A stretch of 63,396 bases of DNA, filler included, from Octopus bimaculoides (Eukaryota): the NCBI RefSeq assembly GCF_001194135.2. It is 8 parts of 8 records of this genome, joined end to end, with 100 filler letters (N's around TTAATTAATTAA, not from the genome) between each part and the next. Parts side by side here need not be neighbours in the genome. Positions count along the whole stretch, not along the records: positions 37,655 to 46,015 come from NC_068988.1; positions 46,116 to 52,738 come from NC_068989.1; 6 more parts are not named here. One strand, 5' to 3'. The notes below the pieces were generated by a model that saw nothing but the letters and a program-made list of their open reading frames with translations, was not told where the DNA came from and searched no databases. A program made the position numbers and the translations under genes. Of the stretch, positions 37,961-51,045 are shown piece after piece. Every line of letters starts with the position of its first letter. Position 1 is the stretch's first letter.

Positions 37961-38650
37961 AAGAATATATACATATAGGTATGTATGTATATGTGCTCTG
38001 GGTATGACTTTAAACAGCATCTAGTAGTGATGCCTGATTGGGGAGTTCCAGTGGTTTTGAGGGGTGTGGAACCACCTCTTAGCTACAATTGTTCCCAAGT
38101 CTATCCTGACCTAGAGCAGTAGCACTTGTTAGGGTCCAGCTAAGGGTTAACTAGCATTTGAACCAAAGGCAGAGAAGGATGTTTACTTCCTTTTAGAACT
38201 TCCTTCAAGGAGGAAGTAAATTCATGTGAAATACCTGAAGTACAGTTGGTTTCTGGTCATCTCAGCTTCTGTTGTGCCACTTGTTTTATAGCTGATTCCA
38301 ACTGAAAATTGAATTTGTTACTGTGCAACACTTAATTCAGTCAAAACAAATTCATGCTCAGGAATTCCTTTGACTCTCAGAATATTTACATGAACTTACT
38401 GAGTTTTGGAAGTAGTCTTACTTGGACGCAAGTTGAGTTCACCATATACATTAACCAAGAGTGCTCAGAAGTTAATCAACAGTGCTCACACACTGTAGGA
38501 AAAAAACTTCTTTCAAAAATGTTAGTAACATCTTGATAAAAGATTTTATAACATTTTTTAAAAAATTAATTTTAAAAACATTCCCTTTATACTTAAAGGG
38601 AAATAATTTTCACAAAGACTTTCAAATATATATATATATATATATATATT

Positions 38651-40209
38651 ACCTGAAGAAGACACTACAGATCAAGACATTTTAGTTGAGAGTTTGCCTC
38701 AGCTATTCTCCCAGGTAGAGTTGAATGATCTAGCTTGTAACTTGAACCTCCCAAAAAATTCTGCAGAACTGTTGGCTTTGCGATTGAAAGAGAAGAATCT
38801 TCTAGAGAATGGTGTCCGTATTGCATTTTATCAGAGTTAGCATGAAGAGTTTCTTCCTTTTTTCACAAAAGAAGAAGAGCTGGTCTACTGCAGAGAGGAA
38901 TACAAATCAGAGGAATGGATTATTTTCATAGACAGCTCTAAGTGTAGTTTAAAATGTGTATTGTTGCACAACAGAAATGCATATGGCTCTATCCCACTCA
39001 GACACTCAATGACTCTGAAGGAAAATATGAAGAAATTAAGTGGTTTTAGAGAAGATACTGTATCATGACCATAAATGGGTCATCTACATTGATTTAAAGA
39101 TGGTGAATTTTCTCATGGGACAGCAATCTGGCCACCTTGAACAAATATGGCTCAACGTATAGCTGCCAATATATTGGAAGAACCTTTAGTTGAGCAAGAC
39201 AAGATCATTTTCCCCCCTTTGCACATCAAGCTCGGATTGATCAAGCAATTTGTCGGATTGATCAAGCAATTTGTCGAATGTTTCATGTATATCTGTAGTG
39301 TATTTCCAGACTTCACTATTGAAAAACTTAAAGCAGGGATTTTTGATGGACCACAGATCCGCAAGCTTTTGAAGGACACAAATTTCATGAAAGTAATGAG
39401 TGTAAATGAAGCATCAGCTTGGCTAGCCTTTGCAGAAGTAGTGCAATAAAAGTGAAAACTATAAAAACCTTGTTACCAACTTCATATCAACTTTTCGTGA
39501 TATTGGTGTGAATATGAGCATCAAAATGCATTATCTTTTTAATCATCTTGATCGTTTTCCTAAAAATCTCGGAGATGTTAGCGATGAACAAGGCAAACAA
39601 TTCCATTAGAACATCAAGGAGATGGAAACGCAGCACCAAGGACACTGAGACACTGTGATGATGGCAGACTATTGCTGGTGTTTAAAACGAGATACTCCTG
39701 TTGCTCAACATTCACCGTGCATAAAGAAGCACAAATTTATTCCTTGAATTTTCTGCCAAAAATCTTAACCAACGTGCATTTTCAGTTTTGAATTTTTATT
39801 TCTACTTCGTTTTGTTTTGTGTTACGCTCTCTTTATTGATTCATGCTATATGCCTTTTGTATGAATAAAATACTTACTCTATCAGGTTTAGTCAGAAAAC
39901 TAAACCTAAAGTTATTTTTGAATTTAGCAGTTTAGTCAGAAAACTAGAACTGAAGTTATTTTTGAATTTAGCAGGTAAAATCACTTAAGAATTCATTGAA
40001 ATATTCAAGACACCAGACAATTTTTTTTTTTTTTTTGCCCAGTGTTATATGCCTGTCGTATGAATAAAATACTCTATCAGGTCTAGACAGAAAACTAGAC
40101 CTGATAGAGAAAAACTGAAGTTATTTTTGAATTTAGCAGGCAATATCATTTAAGAATTCATTGATATATTCCAGGCACCAGACAAAAAATTTTTTTTGTT
40201 TGTTCAGTG
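38651..40209 (+). mobile_element. Chapaev3-like (CMC) DNA transposon, 5'-truncated, duplicated 3' terminus
   Basis: FIDSSKCSLKCVLLHN, DLKMVNFLMGQQSG, PPLHIKLGLIKQFV, KLKAGIFDGPQIR, SDEQG..FH, MMADYCW. Ends in ...CAGTG|TTA twice (40044 and 40209), consistent with CACTG termini and a TWA target. Confidence 0.8.
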
Positions 40210-42221
40210 TTATATATAATATATATATAATGATTTTCAGTGGTTGGATGTCCAGATGTCCTTTCTGTCACCAACCCTTTCCAAGCAAAGTAATATTTTC
40301 ATCAAGCCAGACAGATCTTCACAGTTGATTAGAAGCAAGGCACACTGCTTTTATGACAGTGATACTTGTTTAAAACTATCACATGTATTGAACCAAAAAA
40401 GTAGTCTTAAACATGGTCATTTGACTTGCTAGAAAGAGTAGGCAAAGATAAAGAGAAAGAAACACACACATCTCTACACATCCAATGACATACACATATA
40501 CACTGGCCTTTTTTTTAGTTTTTGTCTACCAAATCCACTCACCAAGCTTTGGACAGCCTAGGGCTACAATAGAAGACAATTGTCCATGGTACCATACTGT
40601 AGTACTGAGTCTAAAACTACGCAGTTGACAAGCAAACTTTTTAATCCCATCCACATAGTACATATTGCTATTAAAGCTGAAGCTCTTGAATCACACCAAA
40701 ATCAAAACAGTTTTATTTTTTCAGTATGTCAAACACAAAGCACAGAGTTATGATTTAAGGAACATCGCCATTTGTTAAAATATACACACCATACTATATG
40801 AAATGGGTGCATTCTTCAAGCAAATTATCATCATAATCTTCTTCTTCTTCGTCGTCATCATCATCATGATTTTATCATCATCCTTTAAGGTCTGTTTCCC
40901 GTGCTGGGACAGGTTGGATGGTTTGCCCAGCGCTGGAGGCTGGAGAGGGCTGCACCAGGTTCCAGTCTGATTTGGCTTGGTTTCTACAGCTGGATGCATT
41001 TCCTACCACCAACCACTTCAAAGTGTGTGCTAAGTGCTTTTAATTGTTGTGTGTGCTGGGTACTGGGAACGATATCTTGGCATGTAGTATGTGTTGAATG
41101 AAATTTCCCTGACTTCGACAACTCTTATTCAGAGTTACTATGCTCAGAAACAGATTAGAGACCATATTTTCTTGTATGTTGCATTTTTGGCTTGGCTTCT
41201 CTGACTTATTTCAATTCTTATTTCCTATCAATGTAATATGCATCAACATCATTATTTTACATCTACTATTATGTGCTTGTGTGGGTCAGACAGAAGTTGT
41301 TGTGGCAGATACTCTATGGCTGGATAGCATTCCTGTTGCTAATCCTTACACATTTCCAAGCTATTTTCCCATAGCTAGACATGTTATTGAAGGAAGACTG
41401 AAAACAGCCAACCTTATTTGTATGATGATGATGACTCTCATTTACGACCATCACATGATGTCTAAACAGGTACACACAAACCCATACATATATATTAACA
41501 CACGCACTCATATAAACATACACACACAATACATACATACATGCATACATACATACATACAAGACCACCTTCTCTCACACAAACCACTAGGCCCTTCTTC
41601 TTCTCCAGAACTTTAGCCATCTGCCATTCTCTCCTTCACTGTAAATCTTCACTGTAGGTGTTGATTTGTAAGTGTTTTAGAGCAGAACATTAACAGCAGC
41701 AATCTCACCAGTCTTTCATGGGCTGCTGTGGCCATAGGCAATGCTCCTCCTTCTAGACACAGCAAGTTAAAAATAAAAGTGTTTTTCTAATATCTGATAA
41801 ATTTTGGTAAAATTTCTTGAATAATTTTATATATAAAAGAATTTATTGGTTCTTTAGATTTGTTTGACCATGCCAGATAAGGCCTTACCCGAGCAATGCC
41901 ATTTTTGGAAAATATCCATTAAAATTAGGTTTTATAGTCCGTTGACAGAATGGGTAGAACACTGGACTTATAATAAATGTGTTCAGTCCCATTACAACCA
42001 TTCCGTTGCTTCTTTACATGTAATATTTTATCCTACAAGTATTTTAGCACTTTGAAATTAATAATTTGGTGATTTAAATACTATTAAGTACAACTTAATC
42101 TCGTAATATTCATTACATATATACTTACCATATGTGTATTAGTTTAACAGTGTAATTTCAATAGACATTTTCTCACACCAGAACAAGGACATGTTTGCTA
42201 TATTCTTTGCATTTTAGAAAC

Positions 42222-42270
<49 letters not shown>

Positions 42271-43209
42271 CCCTTTCAGCCAGATACTACATTCAGCTCT
42301 GAAGGATTAACTCAAATATTCTGTATAATCTTCAGTGTGATCAATATTTTCTATTGTAGTCTCAGAGAGTGTTTTAATGTCAGAAGTTGAAATATATTAA
42401 GCTGCTAAACTCACTTTTGTATGATTTCCTCTTCATCATCAACATCATCATCTTCTTTGTATGTAAGCTTTCCATGCTGGTGTGGTCCACTGATATTCTA
42501 CTAGATGAAGTAGAGGACCATATTTCACTTGCAAATCTCATCGTTCATTTCTATGGCTAGGTGCCCTTCTTAATATGAACCATTTTACAGAAGGTACTGA
42601 GGCATTTTTTTTCATAGCTCCAGAGCCATTCTTTCATGGCTCCAGAGTGCTGAAAGATTTACATGTATTTGACTGAAGCGTCTTCTCAAACCCATATGTA
42701 TACATACAAACATATACACACATGCATATACATGACATACATGATAATTAACCTCTACACAAATGAAAACATTGCATATTTAACAACACTCCACTGTAAA
42801 GATGCATATGCACAAACACACTGGTATCATGAGCTCCCTACAACCTCTCTCATTATCAATTTCTTGCTAGTTCTCTCTTCTTTCACTCTCCTTTTTTTAG
42901 TCTGTCTATCCCACTCCTTAACTGTTATTTTACACTGGACATGCCTTCTAAACAGATGTCATAAATTCAGCATCATGTATTTTTCTTTTTCCCCTTACCT
43001 TTCTTATTTTACTTCTCTTTGATAAAGGGTATAATCAAAAACATGAGATACCTTTTTCAATCTTTCATTGCTGTATACATTTTTCATTGCATATTTCTAA
43101 GGCTGTTTTTGTACTTCACATTTATAAGCTTTTCCAGTCATATATTTTTGCTGACTTCTTGTAGCATTTATTTGCATTCACCATCGTTACCTGATAATTT
43201 TGCTCAATT

Positions 43210-43245
<36 letters not shown>

Positions 43246-43249
43246 TGTG

Positions 43250-43282
<33 letters not shown>

Positions 43283-43499
43283 TTTGCAGCTGAGAGTTCT
43301 GTACTATACATGAACCTCTCAGCTAAAAGAGTAAAGATTTCTAGATGCTATCAAATAGCATAATGAGTTCTTATTCGCTTGTTTGTATCACTAAGCATCT
43401 TCCATCTCCTCATCATTTTAATATCCACTTTTCTATGCTTGCACAGGTCAGGCAAAATGTTTCGAAACATACCTTTGCTATGATTGAATTGTCTTGCTG

Positions 43500-43790
43500 T
43501 TATCAGCCCCCAGCTCTTTTTAAGGGCTGGACAAGTTTTCATAAGTTTGCATCATTATCTATCTGCATGCACTTCTCACCAACTCACCTACATCTTATTT
43601 CTCTCTGATACACTGCCTTGCAATCCCAAATACCTTCTGTCTCTAATCCTCAAGATGTAGAACATTGGCAAATCTCCTAATTCCTGCTTTTCCCTTTCCT
43701 GTGTAAGTTCCCTAGTTTTTCTTTTGGCTGTCTGATACAGTTCTCTGCTATTTCCAGTAGAAAACCGTATCATATCATTTTAGGCCTGTC
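43500..43790 (-). mobile_element. RTE ORF2 fragment
   Basis: ELYQTAKRK...; nucleotide similarity to 16760-16860. Confidence 0.6.
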
Positions 43791-43887
43791 TTGTCATTTT
43801 GTCTAAGCACACACACGTGTATATTGGTGTTTATGTATGCGTGTGTGTATGTGCATATATGTTTGCATATATCTATATATACGTTTG

Positions 43888-43919
<32 letters not shown>

Positions 43920-44663
43920 CGTTTGCATATATATATGAATATACATACATAAGTTTAGATAGTGAGATACATGCACACACAAATGTGCATATTCATGTGG
44001 GGGTAAATATGTATTTATCTGACTATATGTATAGATATATAAACATACATGCACAGATACACTCACACCAACATATGCTTTGTGTGCTTGTTTCTTTGAG
44101 CATGGAATTATCCAATGTTATAGAAACCAACTGAAAATAGATCTGCAGATGTTATCATATCCAACGTGACTGCTTAAAGCACACATTTCTGTCCAATGTA
44201 CATCCATAATTTCCTAAAACCATGTGTAGTCAATTATTGTGCATCTTTAGACAGTCTGTCTGACCAAAACGAGACATGTATATTGGTTACATTACTTCTG
44301 TCAATATCAATGTTTTCATATACACAGCCCTGACTCAATGTTATGCCGTGGCCAAGGAAAAACTATATTTCCTGTATGTTGTCTCTGAACAACTTGTACC
44401 ACAAGCACATGACAATGTGAACAAACACACGTGTGTGAATGTGTATATGCATATATCTACTGAATATATATATATATATATATATATATCTAATAGAACA
44501 TCTATGTTTACATGAGAATACATATTATGTCTCAGTAATAATACTGCCTCTGTCACTAATATATATATCTATATGTAATTATGTGTACATATATATACAC
44601 ACACATAGATGACTCTATATATATATATATATAATCATATATCCACAAACACACACACACACA

Positions 44664-45093
44664 TCTTTTATCTTGTTTGAGCCATGCTGGGACACCACCT
44701 TGAAAAATTATTTAGTAAAATTTTTGAATTGAATGTATCGATCTCAGTATTATGTTTTTTAAAGCCTGGTACTTATTCTAATGGTCTCTTTTGCCAAACT
44801 GCTAAGTTACAGGGATCTAAACACGCCAACACCAGTTGTCAAGCAGTAGTGGATGACAGACACCAACACAGAGACATACATTCTGATACACACACACACA
44901 TATATATATAAATGTATATATGTATATATATGTGATGGGCTTCTTTCGGTTATTGTCTACCAAATCCACTGACAAGGCTTTGGTCAACCTGAGGTTATCG
45001 TAGAAGACACTTGCTCAAGGTGTCAGACAGTAGAACTGAAACTGGAACCACGTGATTGGGAAGCAAACTTCTTACCACATAGCCAAGCCTGCA
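44664..45093 (-). mobile_element. Composite SINE family A, degenerate full copy
   Basis: tRNA-like head, internal (TA/TG)n, family A body. Confidence 0.75.
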
Positions 45094-45439
45094 TCTATAT
45101 ATACACATATATAAACAAATCATAAAAAGTCAAGTGGTATGGAAGGTGAATATATTTAACCTCTTGTCATCCTTAAGATTATGGCTGTTTCACATTTCTT
45201 CATGTTATAATGATTTCAGTATAGAACAAATTGTGTTTACATGTCTGCACTAATATACATGCTACACATTACAAAAATACAATTGTATATTCACAAAACA
45301 ATGCAGATAAAGAAAGCTAGCTCATCAGATCACCAGATAAAAAAAAAACAGCAACAACAGCAATAATAAGCAAATGAGTAACCCTGTGATTAAATTAGGT
45401 GAAATGATTGCAATTAATAACCATATTAACCAAATTACT

Positions 45440-45540
45440 ATAGGCCCTATTACATCTAATCTGAAAATGTTTAAAAATAAAAACAGTTTGTGGAGGAATA
45501 TTTTGTGGTTCAACCCCCATTCACGTCAGTCTAAATGCTG
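45440..45540 (+). mobile_element. Penelope remnant
   Basis: RNILWFNP motif in ORF 45374-45580. Confidence 0.45.
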
Positions 45541-45576
45541 CTTCTTATGTAGCTCAAAAACATTTTCAAGCTTTAG

Positions 45577-45990
45577 GTAATGCAGTACGATCGTTTCATA
45601 CAACTCCATTTAATTGAGCAATGTAAACATTGCATCAAATATAAAATGTAGAGCAATCTTCAGCTGCACAAAGATATAAAAATTTAATGAAATTACATTT
45701 GAAAAGAAGGACATATTTTTATAATTAAATCGAAACTCTCCAAGTAGAAAGGAGGAATACAAAAAACCATTTTGACTTAGCCAGACCATACAGGCTAGTT
45801 TTTTTTCTATTCCTCCTTTCTACTTGGAGATTTTCGATTTAATTATAAAAATATGTCCTTCTGTTCAAATGTAATTTCATTAAATTTCTATATCTTTGTG
45901 CAGCTGAAGATTGCTCTACATTTTATATTTGATGTAATGTTTACATTGCTCAATTAAATGGAGTCACATGAAACAATCGTACTGCATTAC
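45577..45990. repeat. Long foldback inverted repeat, about 190-bp arms, about 32-nt spacer
   Basis: 45577-45766 versus the reverse complement of 45799-45990; about 9 substitutions counted by eye. Confidence 0.97.
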
Positions 45991-46989
45991 TTTTGGATAT
46001 CCTTGTTGCTTATTTNNNNNNNNNNNNNNNNNNNNNNNNNNNNNNNNNNNNNNNNNNNNTTAATTAATTAANNNNNNNNNNNNNNNNNNNNNNNNNNNNN
46101 NNNNNNNNNNNNNNNTATATATGCATAAGCAGGCAGGCAGGCAAATGAGGAGAGCGATTTATCGTAGTAATTCTTCATTTACAGGTATGAATTCTGAACG
46201 CCCATGCTGTAACGTTATAGATAAAGCGCTGGAACGTTCGAAGAGTTCTTCGTAGCGGTTCATCCCCGATACGTAGTTAAAAAGCCAGGAATTGCTGTCC
46301 TCGAACCTCACAAATAAGAAACTGGAGAATATGAGTAAGTCTTTACAGCTGTTTCTGGGATATGATGTTCAGTGCGTTCTGTGCATTGTGTTTACATATA
46401 CACGAAATAGACTGGCGCGAGGGAATGTATATGAAATAATCCTTCTATTATAGGCACAAGGTCTGAAATCTTAGGCGAGGGAGCGAGTAAATTGCGTGGA
46501 CTTCAGTACTTCACCAGTACCTAGTTCATGGACCCCGAAAGAATGAAAGGCAAATTCGACCTCGGCGGTTTTTGAATACGGAACGTAAAGATGGATGAGA
46601 TGCCGTTAAGCATTTTGTCCGTCGTTGCTAATAATTCCACCGGCTCACCGCATTGAGTATATGATATACAATATACACACCGCATTCATAGTATATGAAA
46701 TAATATAAGATCAAATTTAAATGATGTGAATAACTCACCTCATCTTTTTGTATGTTCATTAATATAAGTCTGCACATATTTAATATCTACATGTTCGATA
46801 TCTACATGTTATGACCAAGGTGGTGTAATTCGCGTAAATGAAGGCACTATAACAGAAATATTGAATGTAAGAACTACTCGATCAGGATTTTCCTAGTATT
46901 AATTTTAATATCAATGATCTTGTGAGTATTTCTCACAAAATACAGAACTCTGTAGAAAACTGTGTCACATAACAACATAATACTTCATG

Positions 46990-47354
46990 GTTAGGGCAGC
47001 GGACTCGTGGTCGTAGGATCGAGGTTTCGATTCCCAGACAGGGCGTTGTGAGTGCTTATTGAGCGAAAACACCTAAAGCTCCACGAGGCTCCGGCAGGGG
47101 ATGATGGCGAACCCTGCTGAGCACTTTCACCACAACATTCCCTCACTCTTTCTTCCTGTTTCTGTTGTACCTGTATTTCAAAGGGGCCAGCCTTGTCACA
47201 CTCTGTGTCACGCTGAATCTCCCTGAGAATTACATTAAGGGTACACGTGTCTGTGGAGTGCTCAGCCACTTGCACGTTAATTTGACGAACAGGCTGTTCC
47301 GTTGATCGGATCACCTGGAACCCACGTCGCCGTAACCGACGGAGTGCCACGAAC
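46990..47354 (+). mobile_element. tRNA-derived SINE family B, slightly 5'-truncated
   Basis: Homologous to 8135-8518; 8-bp TSD ACTTCATG at 46982-46989 and 47355-47362. Confidence 0.9.
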
Positions 47355-47589
47355 ACTTCATGATCAACAAGCAGGAATGTTATACACGGGTGTAACTGTG
47401 GAGTAGCAGATAGTTATACTTTAAACGAAAACTGGTAGCAGAGAAATATCATTTATAAATATATTTAAAAATCCATAACGAGTGAACAGATTACACAAGG
47501 TTTACAGGAATTTTTTAAAGACAAGCTTTTATTAATTTCAACATTAGTTTCAAGGTTCAGCCAAGGCTGGGACCACGAGCCATACGTCC

Positions 47590-47900
47590 CCTGCCCAATT
47601 CAGAATCACAACATATAGGTATATTGCGGCATAATTTCTTTTCCTCAACAGGCCTTACCCTGTTTAACATTGTCCCGAAACGGATAAAAGAGGGAAAGGA
47701 TCTTATCAGCTTTAAACGGAGTCTAGACAGTTTTCTTCAAAGAATACCAGGCAAGCCACCCATACATGGATACAACTCACTCAATAAGAACTCACTACTT
47801 GAATGGACCATAGACAAAACTTGACTGTAAAAAGGATGTAGATAATCCTATCAGGTGGTGCTATTAAGTTAGACATGGCCTGGACCAATCTTTGGACGAA
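47590..47900 (+). mobile_element. CR1/L2-group LINE 3' end
   Basis: HNFFSSTG..LFNIVPKRIK...SFKRSLDSFLQRIP.KP.I.GY. Confidence 0.65.
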
Positions 47901-48615
47901 ACGTATCTAAGTTTTATCTGTATATTCTACCAATACTTTTCTCTTCCCATGCTAAGACATTCAATCTTTCTAGGTCACAGAGGTCAATATGGAATGGAGT
48001 ATTATAAACTCAGACAAACCATACCAATGAGACAGATAGGATTGTCATTTATGTACATGCGAAGCGCTCGAGACTCTAATGGCGGATTGAAATCTATTAA
48101 ATATAATGAACGAAGTTATAATTGAATACAAACGGAGATTTAGTTGGACTTTCAATTATTATGGAAAACGAAAAAATTATAACTATGATTACGGAAATAC
48201 ACGATAAAATCTTCAGTAGCTATATTGCATAGCCATTGCATACAAAACACACACTCACACATACACAGATATATAAACAAGTCGATATATATATATATAT
48301 ATATCTATATATATATATGTATGTATGTATGTATGTGTCTACGTATGTTTGTGTATATACAATGATTATGTGTCTAAAATCTACGTACGATTATTAATAA
48401 GTAACGACATAAGTTTCAAATAGGACTGGCATCTAATAATTCCCTATTAATGCATACACTTGGCATATATATCGATTTAATTGATTATTCTTGTTTACTT
48501 TACTGATTTTGTATTGGTTATTACTAAGTATCTGTAGAGGCTATATTGCATAACTATTGCCGGCAAAAATATCTGCGCAATATGTATATATATACACATA
48601 TGTATATATATATAT

Positions 48616-48694
<79 letters not shown>

Positions 48695-49557
48695 TGTATG
48701 TATGTATATATATATGTGTGTGTGTATATATGTATATATATGTTCATATACGTACGTATATATATAGTTTATATAATATTATATATATTTACATTACATA
48801 TATATAATATTATATATGTATGTATGTATATGTATATGTATATGTGTGTGTCTCAGTTCTTCATAGAAGTATTAATAGCATTAATAACATCATAAATTTC
48901 AAATAACATTTACATCTGGTCTATTTCTTATTGCTACATTTACTTAGTCTATCTTACGTATGGTGAATCGATCAATTATTCTTATTTATCTTACTGATTT
49001 TATATCGATTTTACATCGATTATTACTAAGTACCCATCTGCGCTTTGATATCCCAATACGCTACGTTGTATTGGAGTGTCATGCTTGTTCGTTTAAGATG
49101 CGTACATACCGTTTACGTTATCACTCAGTTGTATATAGGATATCTTGTATCTTATATTTGTATGTTTTCCATTATTATTGATACATTTTTGCTCATGCTA
49201 TGTTTTTAAATATTTTATTTGTGGTAATATTTGTATATGAGGATGCAAAAAAAGCATATATATATATATATATATATATATACATGTGTGTGTGTGTGTA
49301 TCGTACACATTTAACTCCAGACAGGACCGTCTTAGCACTATTATAGGCTTCTCGGGCAAATCAATTCCTTGTGCCCTATAATAATTATTGGCGGCAAGCT
49401 CCAACAAGCATAGAACAGAACCGGGCCACTAGATTCGTGAGGCCTCTGTAAAACTGTCTAGTGTGCCCATTCTTTAAGACAGAACTGACTGTAGATATAT
49501 GTTAGCTGGACTGAGCGCACACACACACGCACACAATTATATATATACATACATATA

Positions 49558-49780
49558 TACTCTTTTACTCTTTTACTTGTTTCAGTCATTTGACTGCGGC
49601 CATGCTGGAGCACCGCCTTTAGTCGAGCAAATCGACCCCAGGACTTATTCTTTGTAAGCCTAGTACTTATTCTATCGATCTCTTTTTGGCCGAACCGCTA
49701 AGTTACGGGGACATAAACACACCACCATCGGTTGTCAAGCAATGTTGGGGGGACAAACACACACACACACACACGCACAC
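49558..49780 (-). mobile_element. Composite SINE family A, 3' half
   Basis: Reverse complement of 6140-6352; further copies at about 52440-52680 (-), 52975-53190 (+) and 55225-55400 (+). Confidence 0.85.
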
Positions 49781-50639
49781 NNNNNNNNNNNNNNNNNNNN
49801 NNNNNNNNNNNNNNNNNNNNNNNNNNNNNNNNNNNNNNNNNNNNNNNNNNNNNNNNNNNNNNNNNNNNNNNNNNNNNNNNNNNNNNNNNNNNNNNNNNNN
49901 NNNNNNNNNNNNNNNNNNNNNNNNNNNNNNNNNNNNNNNNNNNNNNNNNNNNNNNNNNNNNNNNNNNNNNNNNNNNNNNNNNNNNNNNNNNNNNNNNNNN
50001 NNNNNNNNNNNNNNNNNNNNNNNNNNNNNNNNNNNNNNNNNNNNNNNNNNNNNNNNNNNNNNNNNNNNNNNNNNNNNNNNNNNNNNNNNNNNNNNNNNNN
50101 NNNNNNNNNNNNNNNNNNNNNNNNNNNNNNNNNNNNNNNNNNNNNNNNNNNNNNNNNNNNNNNNNNNNNNATATATATATATATATATACACATATATAT
50201 ATATACACACACATATATATATATATACACACACACATATATATATATATGTAAATGTTGAACAATGAAAATGAATGCTCAACACCGCATTGGGAGATAT
50301 GATTTCTTTATTTGTGAATTAAGGCTACCATTGGTTTCATGTTAAGAAAAGTAGGAAAATACCATGGTATCTTAACAATTTTTCAAGCCGATCAGACGGA
50401 TAAAGATGTTCACTTCCATTTTGGAAAAACACAGCCTCATTTAGTTCACAGAGATCCTCGTGAATTCTCATGAATAAAACAATGAATCAAGGGATGTTAC
50501 TTGTGGGTGGCATCTTTTGAATGTTTTTCTCCTTTGGATTTGTTTTTTGAGCACACTTCGAATGAGTTGTTCTTATAGTTGTGTGCTGAGGTAGTTCGTC
50601 ATTGGGGCATATTTTTCTTTTTTGTCAGCGACGGAGTGC

Positions 50640-51045
50640 CAGTTTTCTTTTTGATATTTATTTTGACAATATTATTGACCCTGTATTGGGGAGACAACTG
50701 TAGCTAACATTAACATTATTGCTGTTGAAGATCTTGTGTGAATGTGAAAAGTGGTTGTCTATTAATTTGAAGAATTTCCTAGCTATGTTAGTAGCTACAT
50801 TCATGTTATAAGGTGGGTTAAACCATAAAAGTTTCCTCTGTTTGCGTCTTCTTGGCGTAGTTATAGTTAGTTAAATGTAGTATGTGCTATTCTTAAAGTT
50901 GGACCTTTCTAATGCAACATTATAGTATGGTGCAGCTTTTTCAAAAGTGTCTTTGTCGGCGGATAAATTGGAAACACGCCTGCTAATGCTATTAACCATT
51001 TGTTTACTTACTGTTGGTGGGTGGTTGGAATCTATGTCAAAACAC
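50640..51045 (-). mobile_element. Penelope-like fragment
   Basis: SNHPPTV.KQ...SISRRVS.LS...F..AAPYYN.AL, RKLLWFNPPYNMNVATNIARKFFKLID.HF, VSYSCLPN. Confidence 0.85.

Noticed and set aside
38400-38492. In-frame TGA after CEHC (and TGAs in 25794-25889) read as selenocysteine
   Set aside because: Neighbouring exons also carry TAA/TAG stops and frameshifts, and no SECIS was identified; CGA-to-TGA decay is simpler.
49428-49470. Possible hammerhead (CACTA...GTC-TAGTG)
   Set aside because: The CUGANGA core and stem II are not present.
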